The notes under the pieces: generated by a model
What the model was told of the DNA's origin: nothing
Databases searched by the model: none
The model's input: only the letters and a program-made list of their open reading frames with translations
Shown: in pieces, positions 19,474-26,707 of the stretch
Position numbering within the stretch: position 1 is the stretch's first letter
How the letters are laid out: every line of letters starts with the position of its first letter
IMG/VR virus record: IMGVR_UViG_3300044617_000977
Location: 1 to 34,595 of that record
Length of the DNA: 34,595 nucleotides
Strand: one strand, 5' to 3'
Origin: a virus
Lineage: Duplodnaviria > Caudoviricetes
Position numbers and translations under genes: made by a program

Positions 19474-19536
19474 TATGACACAACGGATAAAAAATATTCA
19501 TTGAATAACCCAAGCAGGTTGGATAGTGTCTATCCC
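19474..19536 (+). promoter_or_regulatory. Early promoter P1 with TATGACACAAC upstream box and AACC-N6-GGTT spacer box; leaderless
   Basis: TTGAAT (19501)-17 nt-TAGTGT (19524); ATG 7 nt after the -10 element. Confidence 0.7.
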
Positions 19537-19740
19537 ATGACAACAAACCAAACCGACGAACTATATGTGGAATATCTCTCTCCTGCTTCATGCGAGGAAG
19601 AGTTCATCCAAGGTGGAACCAAGTGGATTTTCTGCTGGGCAAAGTACAGCAACGGCAAGCGTGATCTTGGAGTCTACTCTTTTGCTGGCGATGTCGTTTA
19701 TGCTTACCAAGCATGGCGCGAAAAATTCAACCTCAACTAA
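19537..19740 (+). CDS. Hypothetical early protein (67 aa)
   Basis: ATG at the predicted +1 of P1. Confidence 0.7.
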   Translation: MTTNQTDELYVEYLSPASCEEEFIQGGTKWIFCWAKYSNGKRDLGVYSFAGDVVYAYQAWREKFNLN

Positions 19741-19742
19741 CC

Positions 19743-20048
19743 ATGAACATCACATTCAAAAAATATTTTAGCGATACGCCTGCTGGAATTTTAGAAATTC
19801 CGCATCCTCGTCCTGTCAAAAATGCAGAGGCAGAGAGGTTGTTCCCCAGCGTAAAAATCAAGCGTTACGATGGGTTCAGTAAACTTGTCGGAACTGCCGA
19901 GAATGGTGAACTGCTGCCAGTCACCCGCTTTGTCTGGTACAAGTCAAAACCATCATTGCACAAGTGCAGTGCGAAATGCCGTGGAGGCAAATGCGGTGGC
20001 ACTTGTGAGTGCCAGTGCGGAGGCAAGAATCACGGGATCGGACTATGA
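19743..20048 (+). CDS. Cys-rich putative Zn-binding early protein
   Basis: C-terminal HKCSAKCRGGKCGGTCECQCGGKNHG motif. Confidence 0.75.
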   Translation: MNITFKKYFSDTPAGILEIPHPRPVKNAEAERLFPSVKIKRYDGFSKLVGTAENGELLPVTRFVWYKSKPSLHKCSAKCRGGKCGGTCECQCGGKNHGIGL

Positions 20049-20094
20049 CACAACTTCTGCTTGCAAACCCAAGCAGGTTAGCTAATCTACTCAC
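20044..20094 (+). promoter_or_regulatory. Early promoter P2 (same boxes as P1); leaderless
   Basis: TATGACACAAC at 20044; TTGCAA (20061)-16 nt-TAATCT (20083); AACCCAAGCAGGTT at 20066; ATG at 20095. Confidence 0.7.
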
Positions 20095-20439
20095 ATGAAC
20101 ATCACCGAAAAAACCATCCAAGAAAAATTCCAAGAGTTGCTCGTCGCGCAACGCACTCGCTTCGCTCAAGAGGCAACTGAATCCACCTTGTCGAAACTCG
20201 CGTCCAAAGCGGCAAAGGCTGAATACCCGCACTATCGCAATCATCTGCTCCAGCACATTGAAGACTCACGCAAATCCCGTTGGATCGTCTGCTACGAGTC
20301 CACCAACAAGGGCAAGCGTGAAAGCTACATTGTAAAAGCGGCATTTGAAGTCGGAGTCTCTGGAACCCCGCTCGCCCGATTCAAGACCCGTGCAGAAGCA
20401 CAGGCACTCTGTGACCAGCACAACGATCTCCTCTCCTGA
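20095..20439 (+). CDS. Hypothetical early protein
   Basis: 114-aa ORF at the +1 of P2. Confidence 0.75.
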   Translation: MNITEKTIQEKFQELLVAQRTRFAQEATESTLSKLASKAAKAEYPHYRNHLLQHIEDSRKSRWIVCYESTNKGKRESYIVKAAFEVGVSGTPLARFKTRAEAQALCDQHNDLLS

Positions 20440-20465
20440 ACATCAACCTCAACTTAATCACTACC

Positions 20466-20729
20466 ATGACCATCACCGCACCAACAATACACTCAAACGG
20501 AACCTCACATCGCGAACTCTGGGAAGGCTACGAGGCGGCATACGATGCCGTGCGAGCAGCACAGGAGGCACTCCGTAAAATCGAGTTCAACGCAAGGGAC
20601 TATTATGTCCAAGGCAACGAAGCATACGGCAAAGCACGGGATCACCGCACCGAACAGTTCATAAAACTCGTCGATATCGAGGAGTACCTCCTACAGCATC
20701 TTCTTTCCCTGCGTCAGCAGGAGAAGTAA
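20466..20729 (+). CDS. Hypothetical early protein
   Basis: 87-aa ORF (IHSNGTS..ELWEGY..FNARDYYVQ) with an A/C-rich leader. Confidence 0.75.
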   Translation: MTITAPTIHSNGTSHRELWEGYEAAYDAVRAAQEALRKIEFNARDYYVQGNEAYGKARDHRTEQFIKLVDIEEYLLQHLLSLRQQEK

Positions 20730-20765
20730 CCCCAGACGCAACCTCAACATCAACCATCAATAACC

Positions 20766-20936
20766 ATGAACGACCAAGATACCATCGACGAACTGTTCAC
20801 CGAGTGGGTGAACGATAACAGAGACCGAATCCGCTTTGCAGCATGGGTCGGAACTCTCACTAAAAAAGAAAAAGACGAATTCGTAAAAAAATTCTCCCGT
20901 TGCGAGGACGCGCCTTGCTGCGGCTGCTGCGACTAA
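20766..20936 (+). CDS. Small protein ending RCEDAPCCGCCD (56 aa; absent from the ORF track)
   Basis: Hand translation: MNDQDTIDELFTEW...RCEDAPCCGCCD*; preceded by the CAACCTCAAC leader seen before neighbouring genes. Confidence 0.75.
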   Translation: MNDQDTIDELFTEWVNDNRDRIRFAAWVGTLTKKEKDEFVKKFSRCEDAPCCGCCD

Positions 20937-20960
20937 ATCAACCATCAATAAATAAATACC

Positions 20961-21554
20961 ATGAAAAACAAAATATCTAAAACCTACTACAGACTCTCCC
21001 GCGAAGCTCGCGGAGAGTACGCTCACATTCACATTGAAATCATCGAGTCGCACTGGCGGCACGATCAATTCGGACGCAGTGATACCGACTTTAGCCTTCA
21101 GTGGCAGTCCCACATAGGATCAGGCGACTGGTATGGTGGCAACATCGATATCAGGTCAAAGTCACTATCTGCTATCAAACGGGCATCTGCCTTCCTCAAA
21201 TCGATCTGTGGCGCATCCAATGGACTTGGTAGTCCTGAAGAAGTAATCGCCGCACTGGAGGCTAAAAAAATCAAGCGTGGAGTCTACGATGGTAGGGTTA
21301 ACGAGGTAGTCGGAATCGATGACCTCGCTCCAGTTGACCATGTGCGCTGGGGATCGGTTAACGAACGAAACGGGTGGACAGTGTCGGTTGTTGCTCCTCG
21401 CGACGAACAGGTGGCATTAAAGCTACTGGCGAAAGAATTGAGCGAATACTCGCTCGACGCATACGAGAAGTGGGTGCTGGCAGGCAAGCCGACTGCTGTC
21501 GATAACCTGTCATCCGCTCCAGACACATTCCCCATCGACTTGACTCCGCTATGA
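20961..21554 (+). CDS. Hypothetical early protein (197 aa)
   Basis: Long ORF with an A-rich leader. Confidence 0.75.
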   Translation: MKNKISKTYYRLSREARGEYAHIHIEIIESHWRHDQFGRSDTDFSLQWQSHIGSGDWYGGNIDIRSKSLSAIKRASAFLKSICGASNGLGSPEEVIAALEAKKIKRGVYDGRVNEVVGIDDLAPVDHVRWGSVNERNGWTVSVVAPRDEQVALKLLAKELSEYSLDAYEKWVLAGKPTAVDNLSSAPDTFPIDLTPL

Positions 21555-21560
21555 GGTCGA

Positions 21561-21589
21561 TTGACACTGGCAGGGTGGTCGGGCATATT
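21561..21589 (+). promoter_or_regulatory. Sigma70-like promoter
   Basis: TTGACA-17 nt-CATATT; the -10 element lies inside the inverted repeat TCGGGC/GCCCGA. Confidence 0.5.
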
Positions 21590-21603
21590 GCGCCCGATCA
21601 CCT

Positions 21604-21846
21604 ATGCCGAAGCATACCAACAACCATCCCGCATTCCCTGTTCAGGGATATCCGGGCGATTCCAAGAACCCCAGCGTTCGTCCGAACACGGGAATGGCAA
21701 TCGGTGATTGGTTCGCAGCAATGGCACTGGTCGGATATCGGGCATCCGAAAAGTATTCGGAGGAACATCCCGACATAGTAGCAGACCTCGCATATCAAGA
21801 CGCAGAGGCAATGCTGAAGCGCAAAGAAGAAAATAAATATGATTGA
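21604..21846 (+). CDS. Conserved small phage protein (PAFP...GM...D(W/Y)FAA.A family)
   Basis: HPAFPV...TGMAIGDWFAAMALVG...AYQDAEAML. Confidence 0.75.
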   Translation: MPKHTNNHPAFPVQGYPGDSKNPSVRPNTGMAIGDWFAAMALVGYRASEKYSEEHPDIVADLAYQDAEAMLKRKEENKYD

Positions 21847-22078
21847 TACAGACACAAAAACACAGGAAGCACTCGATGCAGTGCTAAAACAAATCGACTT
21901 CAAGACCCTCAAAGCATCAGAGGTTCTTGCAGACCTCGTCAGCAATACTCGCGCATTAGCGTTTCGATTGCTGGTAGGATCGGCACTACTGGAAGAGATC
22001 GCGAAGCGTGATCAGGCCGAAACAGCACCCGCTCCAGAGGCAGCACCAGAGCAGGCGCAGGAGGAGCAGCAATCGTGA
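21839..22078 (+). CDS. Hypothetical protein
   Basis: 79-aa ORF overlapping both neighbours. Confidence 0.65.
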   Translation: MIDTDTKTQEALDAVLKQIDFKTLKASEVLADLVSNTRALAFRLLVGSALLEEIAKRDQAETAPAPEAAPEQAQEEQQS

Positions 22079-22224
22079 GCGACACACTTCCATCAACAGT
22101 GCGGAAATTCCTTTCCGAGATCGGGAAAAAAGGTGGATCGGTCAGCACAGAAAAAAAACGACTTGCAGCAGTTCTGAATGGACTCAAAGGTGGAAGACCT
22201 CGCAAGGATGCCTGCCGCGCCTGA
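22075..22224 (+). CDS. Small basic KGG / NGxKGGRPRK protein, putative DNA-binding (49 aa; absent from the ORF track)
   Basis: GTGA overlap; MSDTLPSTVRKFLSEIGKKGGSVSTEKKRLAAVLNGLKGGRPRKDACRA. Confidence 0.7.
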   Translation: MSDTLPSTVRKFLSEIGKKGGSVSTEKKRLAAVLNGLKGGRPRKDACRA

Positions 22225-22272
22225 TTTTATCAGGGTCTGCGAGTGTCAATAGTTTTTTTTAGGAATTTTTAG

Positions 22273-22389
22273 TATGACACAACATAAGTAAAAATACCTA
22301 TTGCCAAACCCAAACTGGTTGGGTAATGTCATCTCCATCGAAGGCAACCTGCCGACGAACCAAACCAATAAATAGAAAAAATAAATACA
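22273..22389 (+). promoter_or_regulatory. Early promoter P3 plus hairpin and A-rich leader
   Basis: TATGACACAAC; TTGCCA (22301)-17 nt-TAATGT (22324); AACCCAAACTGGTT; leader ATCGAAGGCA..TGCCGACGAA..AATAGAAAAAATAAATACA-GTG. Confidence 0.75.
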
Positions 22390-22572
22390 GTGAAAAAAAT
22401 CTCTAAAAACAAAGAACTGCTGGAACACGGGTATGTTGCCTATGCCTGTAGCCGAGGTGGTCAGTATGCACTCCATGCAATTTGCCAACCTTCACCGCAA
22501 AGTTTTCGCGGGGTTTTTAAAACCAAAAAAGCCGCGATTGAGTTTGCCTTAAAACTTCCTCGCAACTCCTAA
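22390..22572 (+). CDS. Hypothetical early protein (60 aa)
   Basis: GTG start directly after the P3 leader. Confidence 0.65.
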   Translation: MKKISKNKELLEHGYVAYACSRGGQYALHAICQPSPQSFRGVFKTKKAAIEFALKLPRNS

Positions 22573-22575
22573 CCA

Positions 22576-22820
22576 CTGTTCTCCCCAGAACAACCAACCA
22601 TCAACAGAAAGACTAAAAAAGTGAAACAACCATACGAAAAACTTGGACTATCCGAAACCGCATTCCTCTTGGCTTATTCCCAAGGCTACAGGAACGCATA
22701 CAGCAAATCCGATTGCTCCTATCGAAAGGGAACGGCACTTCGCAAGGCATACGACAAAGGTCGTAGAGAGGCTAAAAAATTCTAACAATCTGTTCTCCCC
22801 AGAACAACCAACCATCAACA
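22576..22820 (+). repeat. 31-bp perfect direct repeat (22576-22606 and 22790-22820) flanking one small gene
   Basis: CTGTTCTCCCCAGAACAACCAACCATCAACA twice; contains the hairpin TGTTCT-CCCC-AGAACA. Confidence 0.95.
22621..22785 (+). CDS. Rmf/CrpP-like small protein (54 aa; absent from the ORF track)
   Basis: LAYSQGYRNAYSKSDCSYRKGTALRKAYDKGRREA follows the A.xxGY...C(P/S)Y...(W/Y)xxG..EA pattern. Confidence 0.55.
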   Translation: MKQPYEKLGLSETAFLLAYSQGYRNAYSKSDCSYRKGTALRKAYDKGRREAKKF

Positions 22821-22835
22821 TAGAAAACCAATACA

Positions 22836-23615
22836 ATGAACATCATCGTCCCATCACTCGAAATCGTTAACGAAAACCCAATCACGGCAGTCCATGCCGC
22901 GCCAACCCGCAGCACTCGCTACGGATTCATCAGCACCCAAGAGATCGTCAATGCTCTCGGAGAGTCTGGCTACGAACCCCGCCAAATCCAGTACGGCAAA
23001 GTCCGCAAGGATGAGAATCGCGGGTTCCAAAAACACATCATCAAATTCCAGCATCGCGATATCACGAATATCGGCGGCGAGGTTGCTCCAGAATTCGTTC
23101 TGATCAACTCGCACGATGGAACCTCCTCGGCTCAACTGTCCCTCGGTCTGCGAGTCTTCGCCTGCCTGAATGGACTGGTTACAGGTGACATCTTTCAAAC
23201 CCTGAAAGTCTACCACCGCAACACTGATGTGAATCACTTCATCGCGGCAGCAAACGAACTCCGTAGCAATGTGCCACAACTGGTCGAGCGAGTTGAATTG
23301 TTTCGCCAGAAAGAACTGACAGACGCTTCGCAGAAGCAGTACCTGATCGATGCGCTCAAACTCCGCTATGATCAACCAGAGGCAGACGGGGAGTACCTTG
23401 ATCGTCGCGAATGGGAGACCCGTTTGTTTTATCTCAATCGGGCGCGGCGTTACGCTGATGGTGGAACCAACCTGTGGCAAACATTTAACCGGGTGCAGGA
23501 AAACCTCACCAAAGGTCGCCCCGGTTCTGGCATCCGCAAACTGTCCGCTCCAGCAGCAGACCTCAAGGTCAACAAGCAACTTTGGAACCTCACCGAGCAG
23601 TACCTGCTCAACTGA
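22836..23615 (+). CDS. DUF932/DUF945 family protein
   Basis: RSTRYGFIST..FQKHIIKF..EFVLINSHDGTSS..GLRVFACLNGLV..LWQTFNRVQENL. Confidence 0.88.
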   Translation: MNIIVPSLEIVNENPITAVHAAPTRSTRYGFISTQEIVNALGESGYEPRQIQYGKVRKDENRGFQKHIIKFQHRDITNIGGEVAPEFVLINSHDGTSSAQLSLGLRVFACLNGLVTGDIFQTLKVYHRNTDVNHFIAAANELRSNVPQLVERVELFRQKELTDASQKQYLIDALKLRYDQPEADGEYLDRREWETRLFYLNRARRYADGGTNLWQTFNRVQENLTKGRPGSGIRKLSAPAADLKVNKQLWNLTEQYLLN

Positions 23616-23623
23616 TCAAATCA

Positions 23624-23649
23624 GGTGCGAGGGAGCAATCCCTCGCACC
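23624..23649 (+). other. Perfect 11-bp hairpin with GNRA loop (RNA stability/processing element or terminator)
   Basis: GGTGCGAGGGA-GCAA-TCCCTCGCACC; no U-tract follows. Confidence 0.7.
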
Positions 23650-23664
23650 GCAACTTCTACCATT

Positions 23665-23973
23665 ATGGCAAAATCAAAATTAAAAACTAACCTATCCATC
23701 TTACGGCAAGAATTGGGCGAATTGGGCAACCCAATACAATTTTCAGAATTGATCGGAGTTTCTCGATCATGGATTACAAAAGCCTCCTGTGGTCAGATAC
23801 CCATCAATGCAAAAGCCGCTTTAATCATAGCTTTCAAGACTGGGTATTCACCTGACTGGATTCAGGGAATTGGCTCAAAAAAATTCGGATCAGGATCAAA
23901 GAAAAAATACATCAATGAGTTGGTAAAAAAGTTTCGCGAACAACTCTGCAAAACATACGGAATCACCAAATGA
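23665..23973 (+). CDS. XRE/Cro-like HTH protein
   Basis: LSILRQEL..QFSELIGVSRSWITKASCG..TGYSPDWI. Confidence 0.7.
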   Translation: MAKSKLKTNLSILRQELGELGNPIQFSELIGVSRSWITKASCGQIPINAKAALIIAFKTGYSPDWIQGIGSKKFGSGSKKKYINELVKKFREQLCKTYGITK

Positions 23974-24209
23974 AAAATCTACTATCTAAATCTGAAGCAA
24001 AAAAACTCCGTAAAATAGGAGCAGATATCGCAAAGCATATTCAAATAATTGATGGTTTACACTCCACTGCAAGAGACCTTGTTGGATTTGAATTCCTCGA
24101 TGTTTGTTTTTGCGAAGACAGCATTCCAACAACAGCAGATGAAAATCAACTTGCCGAATTATATGTTGAGTGGGGTCAAAAATCTCGTGCCAATTGGAGG
24201 GAATGGTAA
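23970..24209 (+). CDS. Hypothetical protein
   Basis: ATGA-coupled 79-aa ORF. Confidence 0.65.
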   Translation: MKNLLSKSEAKKLRKIGADIAKHIQIIDGLHSTARDLVGFEFLDVCFCEDSIPTTADENQLAELYVEWGQKSRANWREW

Positions 24210-24226
24210 TTCAAAAAAATCACAAA

Positions 24227-24475
24227 ATGAAAAATCTAATTCAAAAATTATTCGCTCCAGAAAATCACAATCCTGCATCTCCACGGGAACGCGAAGTCGC
24301 AGGATTAATCGCCAGCGGATTCACCAATGCGGAGGTCGGTGCTGGTCTCGGAATCAGCATCAAAACAGTCGAGAAACATCGTGATCACTTGCACAAAAAA
24401 TATGGTTTCAGAAACACGGCAGACCTGACCAGATGGGCATTGGCGCAGGGTCTGGCGACCAACGAATGGCTATGA
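24227..24475 (+). CDS. Stand-alone LuxR/NarL-type HTH transcription factor
   Basis: SPREREVAGLIASGFTNAEVGAGLGISIKTVEKHRDHLHKK..TADLTRWA; no receiver domain. Confidence 0.9.
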   Translation: MKNLIQKLFAPENHNPASPREREVAGLIASGFTNAEVGAGLGISIKTVEKHRDHLHKKYGFRNTADLTRWALAQGLATNEWL

Positions 24476-24585
24476 CACAATAGGGTAAAATACTTATTGA
24501 TATCCGAAGCAGGTTTGGTATCTTCACTCCATCGAACGGCACAACGCCCGACGAAAAAAAATTCAAAATAGAAAAAATAAATACA
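24471..24585 (+). promoter_or_regulatory. Early promoter P4 plus a leader matching that of P3
   Basis: TATGACACAA; TTGATA (24497)-16 nt-TATCTT (24519); ATCCGAAGCAGGTT; same leader ending AATAGAAAAAATAAATACA-GTG. Confidence 0.75.
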
Positions 24586-25581
24586 GTGAAAATTCAAAAT
24601 CATATCCGCGAAATTCCAACCGAAAATCTGAAGCTCATCGCCATTGCTTGGGTCGATGTTCAGGGTGATGACGATTGTGGTTATTCCTCGATCTGCCGCC
24701 ATGACGCATACCCCGGATCGGAAGTCGAGTACCGCAAATGGTGCGAAGTGCAGTCTGTCGATACCGACTGGTCATGCTCCATCTGTGGTCACTCCCTGAA
24801 ATACAACTGCGTTGTGCAGGACACTTCGACTGAATTGTTCTACGACATTGGTCGCGACTGCTGCCAAAACCTACAGGTGCTTCAATCATCGCTGGGTTGG
24901 CTCGATACCAAGCAGGCTAACGCCGCGAAGTGCGTTGCCGCTGGCAAGAAAGCAGCAAAAGCCCGCACGGCAGGTGATGTACGCGAAGCAGAGTTCGCTA
25001 TTGCTCAACCTGAAATTGCAGCGGCATTCACCTATGCCAAATCCTTCCCAAACAACCATGCTCTTTGGCACAAGGTTGCTTGGGCAATCACCACCCTGCG
25101 TGACCTCCGCAGCAAGGTTCGTCAGTACGGATCACTCTCCGAGAAACAGGAGGCATTCGCACTTGATCTCCACAAGCAGGCAGTCGAGACCATCGATGCA
25201 TCAGTGAACGAGATTGCCATTCGCGAAGCGGCAATTGCTGCTGGTCTCCGCGCACCAGAAGGCAAGCAGACAGTCAAAGGCACGATCAAGTCGATCAAGT
25301 GGATTGATTCTGATTTCGGTGGTGCTTTCAAGACTCTCGTTGAACTCGAAAACGGAACCCGTGTTTACGGAACACTCCCATCTGACCAGCATGAGAATTC
25401 AGTTCACATCAACGGAGCATGGGTCACAAACAAAGCTGAAGTTGGTGACAAGGTCGAGATCACGGCAACCTTTGAGGTTAGCCAGAAAGACACTCTTTTC
25501 GGGTTCTACAAACGCCCGAAATTCAAAAACGCAGACCTGACTGCTCGCATCAACGCGAGCAGTCAACCAGTGGCGGCATAA
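24586..25581 (+). CDS. Hypothetical protein with a Zn-binding motif and OB-fold-like C-terminus
   Basis: CSICGH..IGRDCC; VKGTIKSIK..VYGT..VGDKVEITATF..FGFYKRP. Confidence 0.7.
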   Translation: MKIQNHIREIPTENLKLIAIAWVDVQGDDDCGYSSICRHDAYPGSEVEYRKWCEVQSVDTDWSCSICGHSLKYNCVVQDTSTELFYDIGRDCCQNLQVLQSSLGWLDTKQANAAKCVAAGKKAAKARTAGDVREAEFAIAQPEIAAAFTYAKSFPNNHALWHKVAWAITTLRDLRSKVRQYGSLSEKQEAFALDLHKQAVETIDASVNEIAIREAAIAAGLRAPEGKQTVKGTIKSIKWIDSDFGGAFKTLVELENGTRVYGTLPSDQHENSVHINGAWVTNKAEVGDKVEITATFEVSQKDTLFGFYKRPKFKNADLTARINASSQPVAA

Positions 25582-25590
25582 ACTACAATA

Positions 25591-25625
25591 TTGACAATAA
25601 CCCAACCCGCTCAATAATACCCAAT
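25591..25625 (+). promoter_or_regulatory. Promoter P5 of the recombination/replication operon; leaderless
   Basis: TTGACA-16 nt-AATAAT with a degenerate AACCCAA box; ATG 7 nt after the -10 element. Confidence 0.55.
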
Positions 25626-25745
25626 ATGACATTCATCGATACCCCAGTGCTGGTAACTCTCCAGCACTGCTGGGAAGCGTTCAGAACGCTTCTCCCGCTG
25701 ATCCTCGTTGCATTCGCGACTCTCACCATAGGAGGTCGCCAATGA
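25626..25745 (+). CDS. Small hydrophobic peptide (39 aa)
   Basis: MTFIDTPVLVTLQHCWEAFRTLLPLILVAFATLTIGGRQ; ATGA-coupled to the next ORF. Confidence 0.5.
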   Translation: MTFIDTPVLVTLQHCWEAFRTLLPLILVAFATLTIGGRQ

Positions 25746-25885
25746 GCGCAACAGAACGAATCTCCCACAACTGTCTCCCTCCAGAGGCATACATAAGGCT
25801 TGCAAAAGCCTGCACAACCAGTGGCGCAAAACCGAAGTTTCGGTCGAGCGTCACGCCAACCAAAACCAAAATAGAAAATAAATAA
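25742..25885 (+). CDS. Small basic hypothetical protein (47 aa)
   Basis: GGAGG upstream, ATGA overlap; stop directly abuts the start of the RecT-like gene. Confidence 0.55.
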   Translation: MSATERISHNCLPPEAYIRLAKACTTSGAKPKFRSSVTPTKTKIENK

Positions 25886-26707
25886 ATGACACAACTCGCA
25901 CTACAATCGCAACAACCAATCTCCGAACTGGAGATCATGGCAAACCACTTCGTCAAATCAGGTCTTTTCGGTATCCGAAAGATCGAGGAGGCAGTATCAC
26001 TGATGATCATCGCGCAAGCCGAAGGCAGGCATCCCGGCACAGTCGCCAGCGAATACCATATTATTCAGGGGCGACCTGCTCTGAAAGCAGACGCAATCCT
26101 CGCTCGCTTCCAATCTGCCAATGGCAAAGTCGAGTGGCATGAGTACACCGACGAGTGCGTCAGCGGCACATTCTCCCACCCTGCTGGTGGATCACTCAAA
26201 GTCGATTGGGACATGACCCGTGCGAAAGCTGCGGGACTCGGAGGCAAAGACAACTGGAAGAAGTATCCTCGCCAGATGCTTCGCGCCAGAGTCATCTCTG
26301 ACGGGGTTAGAGGTGTGTATCCTGCTGTTTTGCAAGGATTTTATACTCCCGAAGAAGTACAGGACTTCGCTCCATCATCACCTGTTGCAGTTCCTGCGAC
26401 ACCTGTCGAGGATAAGCCTCGCCGCAAGAAGGCAGAGGTTATCGAGATCGTGCAGACTCCTGCCGAGGTGGTCGAGGTAGTTGTCGAGGCAGTACCGACT
26501 CCTGCCGAGGTAGCAGAGGTTGTCGAGAATCCAGACTGGCAGGGTCTACTCTCCGCGAACGAGGCAGCAGTCAACGCATTCTTGATTGGCAAGGCAAAGA
26601 TCAGCGATGGTCAAACATGGCGCGACCTTGAAGAGGGAGACCTCCTCAACCGCATCAAAGCAACGCCAGAAAAGTTCATTGGCGCAGCACTGGAGGCAAT
26701 CAAGTGA
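25886..26707 (+). CDS. RecT/Red-beta-like single-strand annealing protein
   Basis: KSGLFG..HIIQGRPAL..AKAAGL..NWKKYPRQMLRARVIS..GFYTPEE. Confidence 0.8.
   Translation: MTQLALQSQQPISELEIMANHFVKSGLFGIRKIEEAVSLMIIAQAEGRHPGTVASEYHIIQGRPALKADAILARFQSANGKVEWHEYTDECVSGTFSHPAGGSLKVDWDMTRAKAAGLGGKDNWKKYPRQMLRARVISDGVRGVYPAVLQGFYTPEEVQDFAPSSPVAVPATPVEDKPRRKKAEVIEIVQTPAEVVEVVVEAVPTPAEVAEVVENPDWQGLLSANEAAVNAFLIGKAKISDGQTWRDLEEGDLLNRIKATPEKFIGAALEAIK

Noticed and set aside
22221-22249. Minus-strand promoter TTGACA...TAAAAT
   Set aside because: The spacer is only 14 nt.
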